A stretch of DNA of 53,222 nt, counting the filler, from Sphacelaria rigidula (taxonomy: Eukaryota), in assembly GCA_964200075.2 (NCBI GenBank). It is 4 parts of 4 records of this genome, joined end to end, with 100 filler letters (N's around TTAATTAATTAA, not from the genome) between each part and the next. Parts side by side here need not be neighbours in the genome. Positions count along the whole stretch, not along the records: positions 13,333 to 26,563 come from CAXNAA020003045.1; 3 more parts are not named here. The stretch is one strand, 5' to 3'. Below, one piece after another: positions 13,333 through 24,778 of the stretch. Numbering within the stretch: the stretch's first letter is position 1; each line of letters begins with the position of its first letter. The position numbers were made by a program, and so were the translations under genes. A model generated the notes under the pieces. The model had not been told where the DNA came from. It saw only the letters and a program-made list of their open reading frames with translations, and did no database searches.

Positions 13333-13453
13333 GGGTACATCCCATCCCTACCCCGACAGGCGATCGACCCCACCCCCACCCCCCACCCCCCTACGGGCGA
13401 TCGGGCATGATGTACACACACGTTCACACATACATAAGTAGCACGCATGAAAC

Positions 13454-16400
13454 CTCAGTGGTGAGCTTCTTCTTTACATAAATCCTTGCTTCCGTCTGTG
13501 GCTGTTTGCTGCTGAGCCTGAGGCAGACACGGTCCGCAACAGCCCAACTCGCTCCGTCAATCACGTCTGCGATGCTATTGATCAGAACATACAGGCTGGT
13601 TCACGGTGATCACCCAAATAACACTCATCGGCAAAACCTCACGCCGTTTCAAGGAGTTAGACCCTGAATTTTTGGACGAATGTTCTATGGGTAATTACGC
13701 AACTTTTGACGGTTTTTTTTCCTCTATTTTTTTTTGCCTTTTCACCGTTTTTCGGGGGTCCCAGATTTTTGGGGGAAACCTCGACCCAATCGGACCCCCG
13801 TAAAATGGCAAAAAAAAAAATCCCAACCGTCGAAATTTGCGTAATTACCCATAGAACATTCGTGCAAAATTTCAGGGTCTAACTCCTCAAAACGGCGTGA
13901 CGTTTTTCGTTTTGGTGCGATGAACTTTGCCCTACCGCGGTGAAACCGCAAACTACTTGATTTTAGCACCAAAACGGCGTGTTTGGGCCTTGTTTGACGT
14001 GAAGATGGAAATTTAAGCATCAGTCGATCGAGTTTTGCGACGAAAATTTGTGGAGCCCATCCTTGGGTTACGCGGAGGCAGATCGTTCGCGAAGAAATGG
14101 AAACAATTATCGTAGTGCCGTTTTTCTGGGGTCCCAGAATGGAGACTACTTCGAAAAACGACTTCAATCCCGTCGGACCCCCGAAAAACGGTGGAAAACT
14201 CAAGAAGTACAAAAAACATCGTCCGTAGAAAGTTGCGCAATGATACATAGCATATCTATGCGCAGTTTCAGGATTTAACCCTTGATGACAGCGTGAAAAT
14301 TTGCGCGTTTGTGGAGGACGTGGGCTTGAAACGTGCAACTCCTCACTATTAATAGTTGGTTTTAGTATGGAAACGCCTTCTGGGGTGAATTTGACGTCAA
14401 AGCAAGAAAAACTGTATGAGGTTTTCGAGTTCCTCCACCAAACTTTGTACATGTGTTCCTTGGACTCTCCCGGGACACATCATTAAATTATTCTTCTTTT
14501 AAAGCATTCTGTACCGCCTTCCGGGGGTCTTCATGCTGAGACCCCCGGAAGCCGGTAGAGAACGGAGAAAACATGAGATATTGTCAAGAATACAATTTTT
14601 CCCTTTTGAGCATCAATACCTACGGAACTGCCGAGTTTGAGGGCGATCTGAGCTTTTCTACGACAGATTTAGGGGACACCGTCACGAGGCTCCCTGAGTC
14701 TTCCGTGCGTATCATTAGTGGATAGACAACGCCGATACCCGACATCACCGAAACATCATGGTTTCGGGTATAATTCGACCCCCGTAGTAACCGTTTTAAC
14801 AATTCGACTTTCTCGTTAGATTCCCGTGTCGATGACGGTTACTACGATTTGAAGCATGTAGAGATTGGATGAAAATTGCATACCCTGGGCATAGAATACA
14901 CGGTAAAAAAAATTACTGCGTACAGTATGGAATCTATTGTCTTTTGCGGTAAATTGTGCTTGGTATTCGTAATTTAGATCTCGGAGCAGTTTGAAGGGCG
15001 CTGATTGGCTGAGACACATTTTCTTCCATAGCGCCATCGCTACGGCCTTAAACAAAAATCCGGCTATGTCACTCTCTTCGTCTCTTCATTGCGGTCAGTA
15101 TGATACAATATATGCGACTATTGGGTGCGTATTGCGGAAGGCATTTGCTGATGACACAATTTTGGGTGATCACCGTGAACCAGCCTGTAGAAAAACGCGA
15201 CATCGGTTTCAGTCCCTTCATTCTCGTCGTCTTCATCTTCTATGATAGAGTCATCCTCCACAGAACTGTCAGGTCTGCACCTGGCTAGGAGCACTGAAAC
15301 GGTACATGGCTATTTCCGCACACGAAGTATGGCTAAGGCCAGTTTAAATGAGATAAAAAAAAAGTGAGAACGCGGCGTGAGAGTGAGAGTGAGAAGTGAT
15401 TCTGGCAGTAGAACTAAAACTTCGGGCGTAAATCTATGGTTGACAGCATGACTACTTGATTGTAGAATTGAGAAAGTTCTGAGAATATTCATGGTTTGGG
15501 GCAGGTGAGCAGTGGACCCAGCTCATCCAGAACGTGTTTTTGTCGAAGTCGGCGCCTGCGACGTCGATTCGACGTCTGCCAACGCACACTTTGCCTAGGG
15601 CAACCGATGCACCGTCTCCTCCCCCGAGGGTGTCGTACGCCTTGGGTCAGGGTTAGGGTTAGGGTTAGCGTTGCTAGTTGCTCGAAAAAATCAACCATAG
15701 ATCTACACCCAAAACTTTAGATCGGCTCAATTCTGGCCGTTTTGGTGAAATTTTGTTCTGTTTGGTCCTTCCGATTGGCTGAGAGCTGATGGGCAACCAA
15801 ATGGAAGGACAAGAGGGAAACAAAATAATCAGAACCGCCAGAATCACTCCCACTCTCACGATGCGCGTTCTCACTTTTCCTGTCTCGTTAAAACACGGCG
15901 TAGACCTAAGATGGAAGCGCATCCGTTCTCCGCGGAATTATCTTCTAACCACTCAGCCCGTCGTTAAAACCGCGCAATTTTTCTAGTTTCAACTATTGTC
16001 CACGTACACGTTTTTCCTGTCTTGTCGCGACCTGAACTGCTGTACTGTTGTTGCACCTGCTCCCTATCCATCACGATAGCATCGGTAACTAGTAAGAAGT
16101 GATCCCCGTACTCGTCCCCGATCCTCGCCGCAGGCAGCTCCACGCATTCTCCGAACCTGTCGGACCAGTCTTCGCACGTCACCCCACCAACCCCCAACGT
16201 GTCCCGCGTGACCGGTGTGACCATAGTCGTCAGACGTAGCGTATCCACCACGAAGTTGATGGTCTTGTTCACGGCCGGAAAAGGTAACGCAAGCATAAGC
16301 TGCGCGCGGCGCGCGACGACATCGTCGCAGAGTTCATTCGATAGAAATAGGGCCGAAAAGTTCCCACAACATACACAGATCAAAACGCAAGGCAACGTGA

Positions 16401-17287
16401 GGGACGCAGGAGCAGCGGCAAGGAAAAGGGCACGGCGAGTTGCGGTGCTGTGCGGGGAAGCAAACCACGAGTGCACAGGGAATGGCAGCCTGTAAGTGGC
16501 GTGTCTGCCAGGACCACACGGTCAGGTGATACGATAGTTAGCACGAATGATGTTCTGTCGGTAGTCGCTGCATTGTGGAAGCGTCCAGTCGGTGAAAGTG
16601 TACCCGCCTGCTTTATATGAGGGCTTCGGTTCGGCGCTCGACAAATGGTGGCTTCGCAGACTTGCGTGCTTTTCGCGCTAGGCAGTGAATACACCAAACA
16701 TCATGTTCAACTAGATGGGTAGGCAGGGAGTTGTGCGCCCAGCAGTTTCATAGCGCTCAACTTTCTTCTGTAGTCGCGTGCAAATTAAAAGGCCCAATTC
16801 CTGATACATTGCTCCGCACTCCGCACCTTGACGGGGTTTCCCTATTACACAAGTCGCTGGTTCAACTGGCGGATATGAGCAGCATTATCATGACAACCGA
16901 TGTTGAACATTGACGTACTGCAAATCAACACCGACTACACCGACAACTAGGGGAACAAACCTGCTCCCGAGGCTGACCAGGGACCGACACAATAGGCATC
17001 GAAACATACTTCATCGCACGTCGCGCCCTTCGCTTCCACATGGACCGCGCGTAGCTATCGTCGGTACCGCCGCCATCCGTAGCTCCCACTGCTGCGCACA
17101 TGATCCGCTTCCGTCGCCTTCGAAAAAGACGGGGGCAACTTTGAAATAGAGGCGGCGTTGTCGTTGCGGTGTGCTGTCGCGCCGCCGAGGAGCAGCGACA
17201 TCGTGGTCCAGTAACGAAAGAGCTGTGTACTGTTGTAGCTGATAGGAGGCACCACTCCATTGCCAGCGAAGGAGCGCCCCACTTCAT
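13454..17287 (-). CDS. Plastid-targeted protein with retropepsin (aspartyl protease)-like motifs; exons 17287-16961, 16299-16057 and a transposon-split exon 15280-15188 + 13589-13454; possibly disrupted
   Basis: Exon 1 has a signal peptide followed by SSF-VTGP (ASAFAP-like) and an Arg-rich transit peptide, ending CAG|GTTTGT. Exon 2 (GCAG|CTT ... CAG|GTGCAA) encodes INFVVDTLRLTTMVTP. The split exon encodes ...DVAFFY|VLINSIADVIDGASWAVADRVCLRL...RIYV, resembling the retropepsin C-terminal 'D.I.G...RV.....RLY' pattern. The linking exon(s) between 15281 and 16056 are unresolved, so it is uncertain that all pieces belong to one gene. Confidence 0.55.
13592..15187. mobile_element. Non-autonomous Tc1/mariner-type DNA transposon (~1.6 kb) with internal foldback arms
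   Basis: Perfect 27-bp TIR CAGGCTGGTTCACGGTGATCACCCAAA at both ends, extending imperfectly to about 45 bp, with TA on both sides (13590-91, 15188-89). Internal inverted repeat at about 13632-13760 and 13795-13908. GC hairpin at 14512-14556. No transposase ORF seen. Confidence 0.88.
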
Positions 17288-17682
17288 TGTTCACGAGAAG
17301 CATTGATCTTTTGGTGTCTTCGGTACTACACTCGTTCCTTCGTGAGACATTGCGATCTCTACTTTTAGTGAAAATGGTCATAACTTAGAGGTACATGTTA
17401 TATTGAAGTAAATGTTTACAACTGCATCCTGTCGTTATTTTTTCGCAATCCTCGTCACCAAAGCCGTTTCACGTGGTGTGTGTAAACTGCGTCATGACCG
17501 CATCCACGTCATGTTGGTAAGGACCAAATCAGGCTGCCTGTTCCAGCTTTTCATCTTCAAGTACGTGAAACAGGGCCAACCTCTGACCCACACTCACACG
17601 TAACGGTGCGCACTCCGCCGATTCGAAACACCGTGACTTCAGTAGGTAATCTTTGCGACTTCGACTCCATCGCCTTCGACAG

Positions 17683-19232
17683 CTGCCTTGCCTTCTCATA
17701 CGGTTTGCAACTATTTCAGTCTGCTGGATTCTACGGTGCGCCCTTGCTTCACCCCTCTCCTGTTACTCGCTGACGGCGGTCGATTTCCTGCACAGTACGT
17801 CTAGTCTGAGCCGAACCAGGTGAGGGGTCCTTACCCATACCACCATAGCAGAGTGCCGCAACATACGTCTTGGACGAGTACACACGTATACATAATATTT
17901 TTGCTGTGAGTCTTTGTACTCACGACAATTTGACATGTGAAGACACCCAAGCTGCTCCTCGGTCAAATCAAGCGTCGTTCCTCGCATCAGTGAGATAGCA
18001 AGGATTTGTGCCGCGGTAACTGACAGATGAGCCCCGCGATGGACGACGTACTGTACCGCGCTGTACTGCAACCGAATCTGTCCATGCCGAGCTATACTTT
18101 ACGATGCCGTATGCTTACTTCTACACTAGCGCGACAGGCAGTGCACTCTCTTGGGGTGTCGAGTACTAGCCCTCAGTCTACCGCGGTATCATCATTTTTA
18201 TAGGAGGCATGCACGGGACGATGGTACGAACAGTACAGTACCTTCGGATAATTAGTCAATCAATCAATCAACCAGTACGTGAGACACCACTGACAGCGAC
18301 TGGAGGGGAACACAAAACAGAATAGGGTCCTCTGGTGGACAATCAAATTGCCGACGGGTTTTTATCTCGTTCGTCGTCGTTGTGCTTGTTCGTCGCCACG
18401 AGTAGTGCGAACCATTTCACTCCATCTCGCGAAGAAACCGAAGGAGTCGAAAGTACGTGGTGTTCTGCACAGGGCTATTTCGCTGTAAACCTCTGTGCGT
18501 TCAACTTTTCGACGGAGTACCGCCGAGCACGGCGCGATATCAACGCAAGACGGGGCGAGCATCACGTGGTACAATTAAGGTGGCAAAGGAGTAGAGTAAT
18601 AGACGGAAAATACGAAAAAGAACACGTTGGGGTGAACAGCGAAAGGAGGCTTAACCCTTAGACGACGAGCGTTGCTTCGGAACAGTTGTACAGGCGGACA
18701 GTCCCGAGACATCCGGGGGTTTCCAGAGCTCGGGGGAGGGTGGTTTCTGAGGGGGGAGGGGTGTCTCTCGCGGAGCATCGGAGAAGCTCACGGAGTCAAC
18801 CATGTGTGTTTGAAAATTTCCCGCGGAAAGTTATGAGCCGTGCGCAAGGCCCGAGAGGCGCGGGGTGACCAGTCTGACCAATCACGGTCGTCAAAATGAG
18901 CACTTTTGTTCCGGTAGAGGTAGACAGCTGGTGAACACCGTTGCTGTCTGCCCTCAAATCGCATTTTGATCATGCCAAATCAACCATAGATTATATAACC
19001 AAAAATCAGGTGTTTGAGCATCTTCGGTACACTGTGTCCTGTCTGGTACTGCCTGAGCGTCCTACTAGCTCCACACCTCCGTCTGGTAAAAACCGCCATG
19101 GCGCAACACGCAAGCGGCGGCCACGAGTATCCTGCGCACATCAATATAGAAAAGTACTTGGACAGTGAGGCGACCGCCATCGCTGAGCAAATGCTCTACG
19201 GTCGTCAGGGGCGTTCGCGGCGGTGGTCATAG
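17683..19232 (+). CDS. Possible small multi-exon hypothetical gene (candidate exons about 17683-17735, 18472-18578, 18694-18864, 19010-19232)
   Basis: AG/GT-bounded segments can be chained in frame and end ...HEYPAHINIEKYLDSEATAIAEQMLYGRQGRSRRWS*. No family recognised, the start is not defined and some donors are weak. Confidence 0.25.
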
Positions 19233-20587
19233 TGCGATATCCAAACGCACGCTGCGTACACTCGGTACGTTCAACACTGATCCAGTACGCTGCAGACCGC
19301 ACGTGCAGCCGCGGCACGATACACTACAGACTGCACAGCAAGGGTATGAGGCGTAAAAATCAGGTGGTAGACAACCACACCACCGTCTGTGTCATGAATC
19401 TCACAGCTATGTGCCTCTTATGCACTCGCGGTCCCTTCCGCCGTAGAGAAGGCGTTTTGAGTTGTGACCAAGAAATTATTCTGAACCCAAGAAGTGGAGT
19501 GTCTACCTCAATCTACCAGCGGGGGGGTCGCTACCTCAGGGTTGAATCAGCCACCCGGGCGCACCGCGTCATGGTGTCTGGCGGCGACTGACAGTCCTGT
19601 GATACCACGATTTACGTGTCTAACCGATCTAGTTTCCTGCCCGCATGTGTTGTGTATACTCGCGTTTCTAGTCTAGCCGGCTGGTGGGTGACCCAGATTT
19701 TCTAATGCTCATTACAGGTGAAGGTGACATCACCATGTAACGAATTAATAAACTACCCACCCTAGCGGTCGAGGCATGATATGGAGCCACACTCGACAGA
19801 ACAAAACAACACTTCATTGTCGTATCGTACTTGAGCGGGAGCCCCACTCCATCTCTCGGCGGCTTACTGAACCTTTATTACGGCAATTACGCCCAGGGGA
19901 ATAATTGCACTTTTCACGACATATATATATATATATATAGGAAAACACACAAAAAACTTTATTCGATGGGGATGATCACCTCGAGAATCACGAGGCCGAG
20001 CCAGTACGGCAACTCTGTGTGTTTTACTCGTCTTTGCGGAGGCAGAGGTTTACTCAGGTGAGGAATGAGGAGAGGGGGTAGCCCATTCGGGCGGGCCTTC
20101 TCGGAGTGTGGCGATACCTCGGTGACGGAATCTATGGGGAAGGAGAGTGAAATTATTTTGGGGCAGCAAATGATCCGTGGCGGAATTGAAAGAGTATGAC
20201 ATTTGTTGTTGAGGAGTCACAGTTCACGAAATCGATATCGCCGTTATCGTAGTTCCTGCTGGCCATTCGTTTAATTGATATAATAAAATACCCGTGTCCG
20301 CTGTGCACACACAACATGCTTTTCTCCGGAAGTTTAGATTTCACACCGCTGGTGAACGTCGATGTTGTTGGCTGATTGGTTGACACCCCGCTTTCAATCT
20401 GGAGATCATATCGTCAGTAGATTTTACGCTGATGGCGATCACGCGCGTCGCCGTCACTCTTCCATGTACAGGCATTACATTGGACATATACTGCAAGACT
20501 GACGTGTTGCGTTCCTCGACCCTCGCTTCTTCTATTGCCTGTCCCCTTCGTTGCCTTTTTGTTTTCGATTTCCAAGCAGAGCGGAAC

Positions 20588-22102
20588 ATGACACTTTCGA
20601 CCAAGGATAGAAGAAGATACTCCAACTTGTCGCTGAAAAGAGCGCTCGGCGCGGCGTGCTTCGCCGCAGGGGCTACGGCCCTCACGTCTGCCTTCGCCCC
20701 GTCGCCGCCGTCAGTGCAACATGGCTTGTGCACCCTCTCTGGCCATAAACGTATCAACGATGCTCGGTATCGCAGGTCATGTGAACGATTGCGCGTGCGA
20801 GCGAAAGCGGGTGGCGGCGGAAGTGGGCTCAAAGAAAAAAGAAACGGCGGTGCGGTGCCACATCGACAACGATCAGCCGATCCAAGCGGCTTGACCGCCG
20901 CGGGCACCGGCCGCGCGCACTCTAGGGGCCATTTGCAGCTCCCGCAGAAGCCCCCGCTTAGCCCCGAAGAAGAACGAACTTTGATAAACCAAATACAGCA
21001 GGCGCGAGTACTGCGCAGCTTTCGCAGGCGTCTATTGAAAAAGGGGGGAGGAGACAAGAAAAATACGGCGGATGCCAGACGGGGGGCGTTGATGCCACCG
21101 GCCATGTGGGCCAGGGAGGCGGGGATAACGGTGGAAGAACTGACGGAGAAGCTGCAGGCGGGCATAGAGGCTAAGGAGGCGCTAGTTGAACGGAACCTGC
21201 CCATGGTGATCAAGATCGTGCGGGAGCGATACCAGTGGAGGTTGCACGGTGGGCAGGTGACAACCGCGGATTTAGTGCAAGAGGGGGCGTACGCGCTGGG
21301 ATTGGCAGCCGAGAGGTTTGACGCCGACAGGGACACAAGGTTCTTGACATACGCAGTGTTTGTTGTGAGGGACAAGCTCGACAACGCGTTAGCCTCCGGG
21401 AACAGCGCCATCAGCGTACCCGCGAGCGCATTGAAGGAGTATTACGAGGCTCGAAGACAGCTGACGGCCGAGCTGGGACGCCAGCCGTTAGAACCAGAGT
21501 TCGCAAACTTCTTCACCAATGAACCGTTCACATCATCTGCCACTTCAGCTGCGGATGATGACGACGGAGATGCTACAATAACCTCCAATAACGTACAGCC
21601 GACGACCGGGCTCGGGATCGCGGCTACGACCCCGGAGCAGGGTTTAAGCGAGGTGGAAGTCGAGGGGGGGAAGGGCGCCAGGATAAAAAATTGGCCGCTC
21701 ACGGTGCAGGACGCTGCCACGCTGCGGAGGCGGAAGCGGCGGTTAGACTTGCTCGCGGCCGTACAGCGGAGTACCAGCCTCGACACTCCCGTGAAGGGTC
21801 CTGAGGGAGGTATCATTCCGCTCGTCGAAGTGGTGGAGGGACTCGGAGGCAAGTTACAAAGGGATCCCCTGTTGGAGGCGGAGTATGAAAGCCTCCTGGC
21901 ACTTTTGCCCAAGGTTTTGACGCCTCGGCAGGTGGATTTGGTTCGGATGGCGTGCGGATTCGCGGAGGACGGACGGTCGATGTCCATGCAGGAGTGTTCG
22001 CAGAGATTGTGTTTGAGCGTATCCAGGACCAAGGAGCTATTCGAGGCAAGCTTGCAGGAACTCAGGGCGAGCGCTACTCTAGATCACCCTAGTGTGGCGT
22101 AA
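20588..22102 (+). CDS. Nucleus-encoded plastid RNA polymerase sigma-70 family factor, single coding exon (504 aa)
   Basis: Bipartite targeting peptide (ALGAACFAAGATALTSAFAP). Region 1.2 PPLSPEEERTL, region 2.1 AKEALVERNLPMVIKIV, region 2.2 DLVQEGAYALGLAAERFD, region 2.3 RFLTYA, region 3 LTAELGRQP...TSLDTPV and region 4 LTPRQVDLVRMACG...MSMQECSQRLCLS are all present. The first in-frame ATG fitting the signal is 20588. Confidence 0.92.
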   Translation: MTLSTKDRRRYSNLSLKRALGAACFAAGATALTSAFAPSPPSVQHGLCTLSGHKRINDARYRRSCERLRVRAKAGGGGSGLKEKRNGGAVPHRQRSADPSGLTAAGTGRAHSRGHLQLPQKPPLSPEEERTLINQIQQARVLRSFRRRLLKKGGGDKKNTADARRGALMPPAMWAREAGITVEELTEKLQAGIEAKEALVERNLPMVIKIVRERYQWRLHGGQVTTADLVQEGAYALGLAAERFDADRDTRFLTYAVFVVRDKLDNALASGNSAISVPASALKEYYEARRQLTAELGRQPLEPEFANFFTNEPFTSSATSAADDDDGDATITSNNVQPTTGLGIAATTPEQGLSEVEVEGGKGARIKNWPLTVQDAATLRRRKRRLDLLAAVQRSTSLDTPVKGPEGGIIPLVEVVEGLGGKLQRDPLLEAEYESLLALLPKVLTPRQVDLVRMACGFAEDGRSMSMQECSQRLCLSVSRTKELFEASLQELRASATLDHPSVA

Positions 22103-24778
22103 AATTTGAAGAAATGAGGATGTAGGTGTAGAGGCGAGCGCGTTAGTGGCCTGGTGGTTTAGCTGTTGTGTCATGACAGCCCGGAGAGGCGATGACAGCC
22201 CAGAGAGGCGGGGGGAAAGGTGCAGCATGTAGCAACACAGGAGTGACTATCGAACGAGAACTTTGCACCTGCTTCTCACGACGGTGCTTTGTGAGGGCAT
22301 CATGTCTGCTGTACAAAGCTGCTGTGGAGATGAAGGAAACAAGAGTCAAGCCACATGTCTTCACGATGTTAGCCGAGAGGATCGTTATGTATTTGTTGTG
22401 TGACCTTTGGTCTTTCGGTTGGATGAGTAAGAGGGAGCTATTTTGTACACGGGTTTGCCATCGGATTATATGCCGTTCTTCGCGACCTTTTAGCCATCTG
22501 CTGTTTCGTCTCTGGCTTCACTCGCGTAGCTCTTGTTGTTTCGGGGGCGATTTTGTATAGGTTGTAGACACGTCGATCGTGTTGTTGGTGGGGAGAGCGG
22601 AGTGCCTGAAACCTTGTCAGCCGAGATTTACCATGCGAGGCTTACGGCATGTCTTCCCTACACGAAATTTTGATTGTATCGATATTACCGTCTGTGGTGT
22701 AAATGTGTTCTTTTTTATTTGAGACGTGAGTAAAGTTTGGGGTGTTTGAGCGGTAGTCGAGGTGCGGGTTGAGGTCAACATGTGTGCTGCCTTCATTTCT
22801 TGGAAGAAACGTCAGCTGGTTCGTTCGCGGGTAGAGGGTTTACGATCACCATCTGGGTGCTGTATCTGGTATGCAAATAGCGTGTTTTGTTTTGTGCTGT
22901 GGAGGAGGATTGTGAGAGAGGTGCAGCTGAAGAGCATCGCATCAACATTGAAAGCTAATGGAAGGTGGTATAAGCACGTTGAAGGAGATATAGACGATCG
23001 TGACTTCGTTTTAGGTTGAGCTCTGCTGACAGAAATAGACATGCACGGATTTGTGGGCAAAGATGTACATGAACCTTTATTTTGTCGCCGGTTTTTGAAC
23101 GTTCAAATTGAAAGATGGTCCCGTGTATGCGAACATACCATGACCCCCGGGCATCACGTGTGTCCTTGGAGGCAGGGACGCCTGGATGAGTGGGACACTG
23201 ATTGAGCTCGTCGTGAACACGTCTCGCTGCGACTGAAGGTGTTCTTTTATTCAGCTCAGTACAACACGATCACTCTCGACGTTCGACCCATGGTGTGGGT
23301 GGAGACTACGAGGCCTTATTCTCTTCTCGTCGTGGCACTTGTCAACTCTCGTGAGCTCGCTGCACCACACTTCAAATTTATCGACAAGTCACACATCCAA
23401 AATTCACTCGAGTCCTTGAGAGTAAAAATGTATATTTCGATCGGACATGATCACGGACGAATCCTGAGCCATTGGCAGGGAACCGCTGAAATCTTCGCAT
23501 GCCACTTCATGTAATCACTTGCATCTGCGGCACGCCGCTAAACACTGGTTGCGCTCTGCCGAGAAATAACCAGTGACTCTGCCGACGACAACGAAGACGT
23601 GGAGTCAAGTTTCCGTGATGACTGAACACCCCGCCCCCTCTGCCGCAGACCTCGCACTGCAATGCACGAGAAAAGTGTCCTGTTGCGATAAGCAGAAGTT
23701 GCTGACAGCGATGCCATCCTCTAAACATGTGTTTCACAATGACGCCAAGACAGAAGGCTGGTCCGTTCACTACTGTTTTTTTTTCCCCCACACTCTGAAT
23801 CCCTACCCTTCCTCGGGATGAGTCCGTGGTCTCAAAGGATCAGCCCATCTCCCCCGTTTCAAGTTGCACTACTGTAACGTACCCGTAAAATGCGACCCAC
23901 GTGTTCAAAAACACGTCAAAATTGGTGTCTACTGCTATACGGCCGGTTACGAATCTACCTGCATGTCGGGCGGCGCAACCACTAATGCTAACTAGCCACA
24001 AACGTCTCTCTTATGATTTGATTGATTGATCGATTGATAATCTCACATTAGCTCATTGCAACAACATAGCCCGTGGTCAGGGGCAGCAAAACCCCCCCAG
24101 AATGGTCAACGAAAAAAGAAAGAACAAAAAAATACAGAAGCAACGGCCCCAGAAAGGAAAGAAAGGGAGCAGCGATAACAACAAAAACAACAACACCACC
24201 ACCAACAACAACACCAACATCACCAGCAAACAACAGCAATAACAACAAAATAGCGACAAACATGTCACTAGCCGTCAACATGGCTGCAAACCAACGCAAA
24301 CAATCCACATTTCGTCCCTCCGCCGCCGCTACCCGCCTACCCGCGGCTACTTGAGCCCCCGTACCACACCCCTTGCCGTTTGCACTGGCGTTGTCTGCGG
24401 CTGGTGTCGACAGCACTGATGCCGTCGCCCGTGGGAAGGATTTGGCATCGATCCACGTGGCTGTTCCGGCGGTCGTATCTGTGCTACCGTCGTTCTAACC
24501 ATCCTAGCTATACTGTTGAGGGTACTTAATCGTCGGTGTATTTTTTTCCCCGAAATCTTCGACATTTTCGAACAGTTTCTATTTTTTCCGAAAATTGCGA
24601 GACGAGTTATTTTTCACCACTTCAGCCAATAACTCACCGAAAGACTGACGACGGATTTCTCCAAAAATCTTGCGTCAGATTTATTTTCAGTAAATCCTTT
24701 CCCGGGGAAGTCCGAAAAAAACTCCAACCGTTCGCAAAAAAGAAAGAAAAAACGAAAAAAATGCCCAGCTCATTATAC

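Noticed and set aside
15644-15668. True telomere
   Set aside because: Only about four units and internal to a contig.
20341-22032. Long antisense ORFs (356 aa and 196 aa) opposite the sigma gene
   Set aside because: Shadow ORFs of a GC-rich coding strand with no recognisable motifs.
20432-22102. Bacterial contamination or recent horizontal transfer suggested by a sigma-70 ORF
   Set aside because: It has a bipartite SAFAP plastid-targeting peptide and lies between spliced eukaryotic genes. Nucleus-encoded plastid sigma factors are expected in algae.
24048-24354. Hydrophobic and Thr/Asn-rich ORFs on both strands
   Set aside because: Mostly (ACA/CCA)n low-complexity sequence; only the part from about 24290 upward may be exonic.
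24687-24778. Hydrophobic C-terminal tail (IMSWAFFSFFLSFL) as a membrane anchor of the AN1 protein
   Set aside because: Probably T-rich intron read-through: a phase-1 donor at 24778 matches a phase-1 acceptor at 24478.
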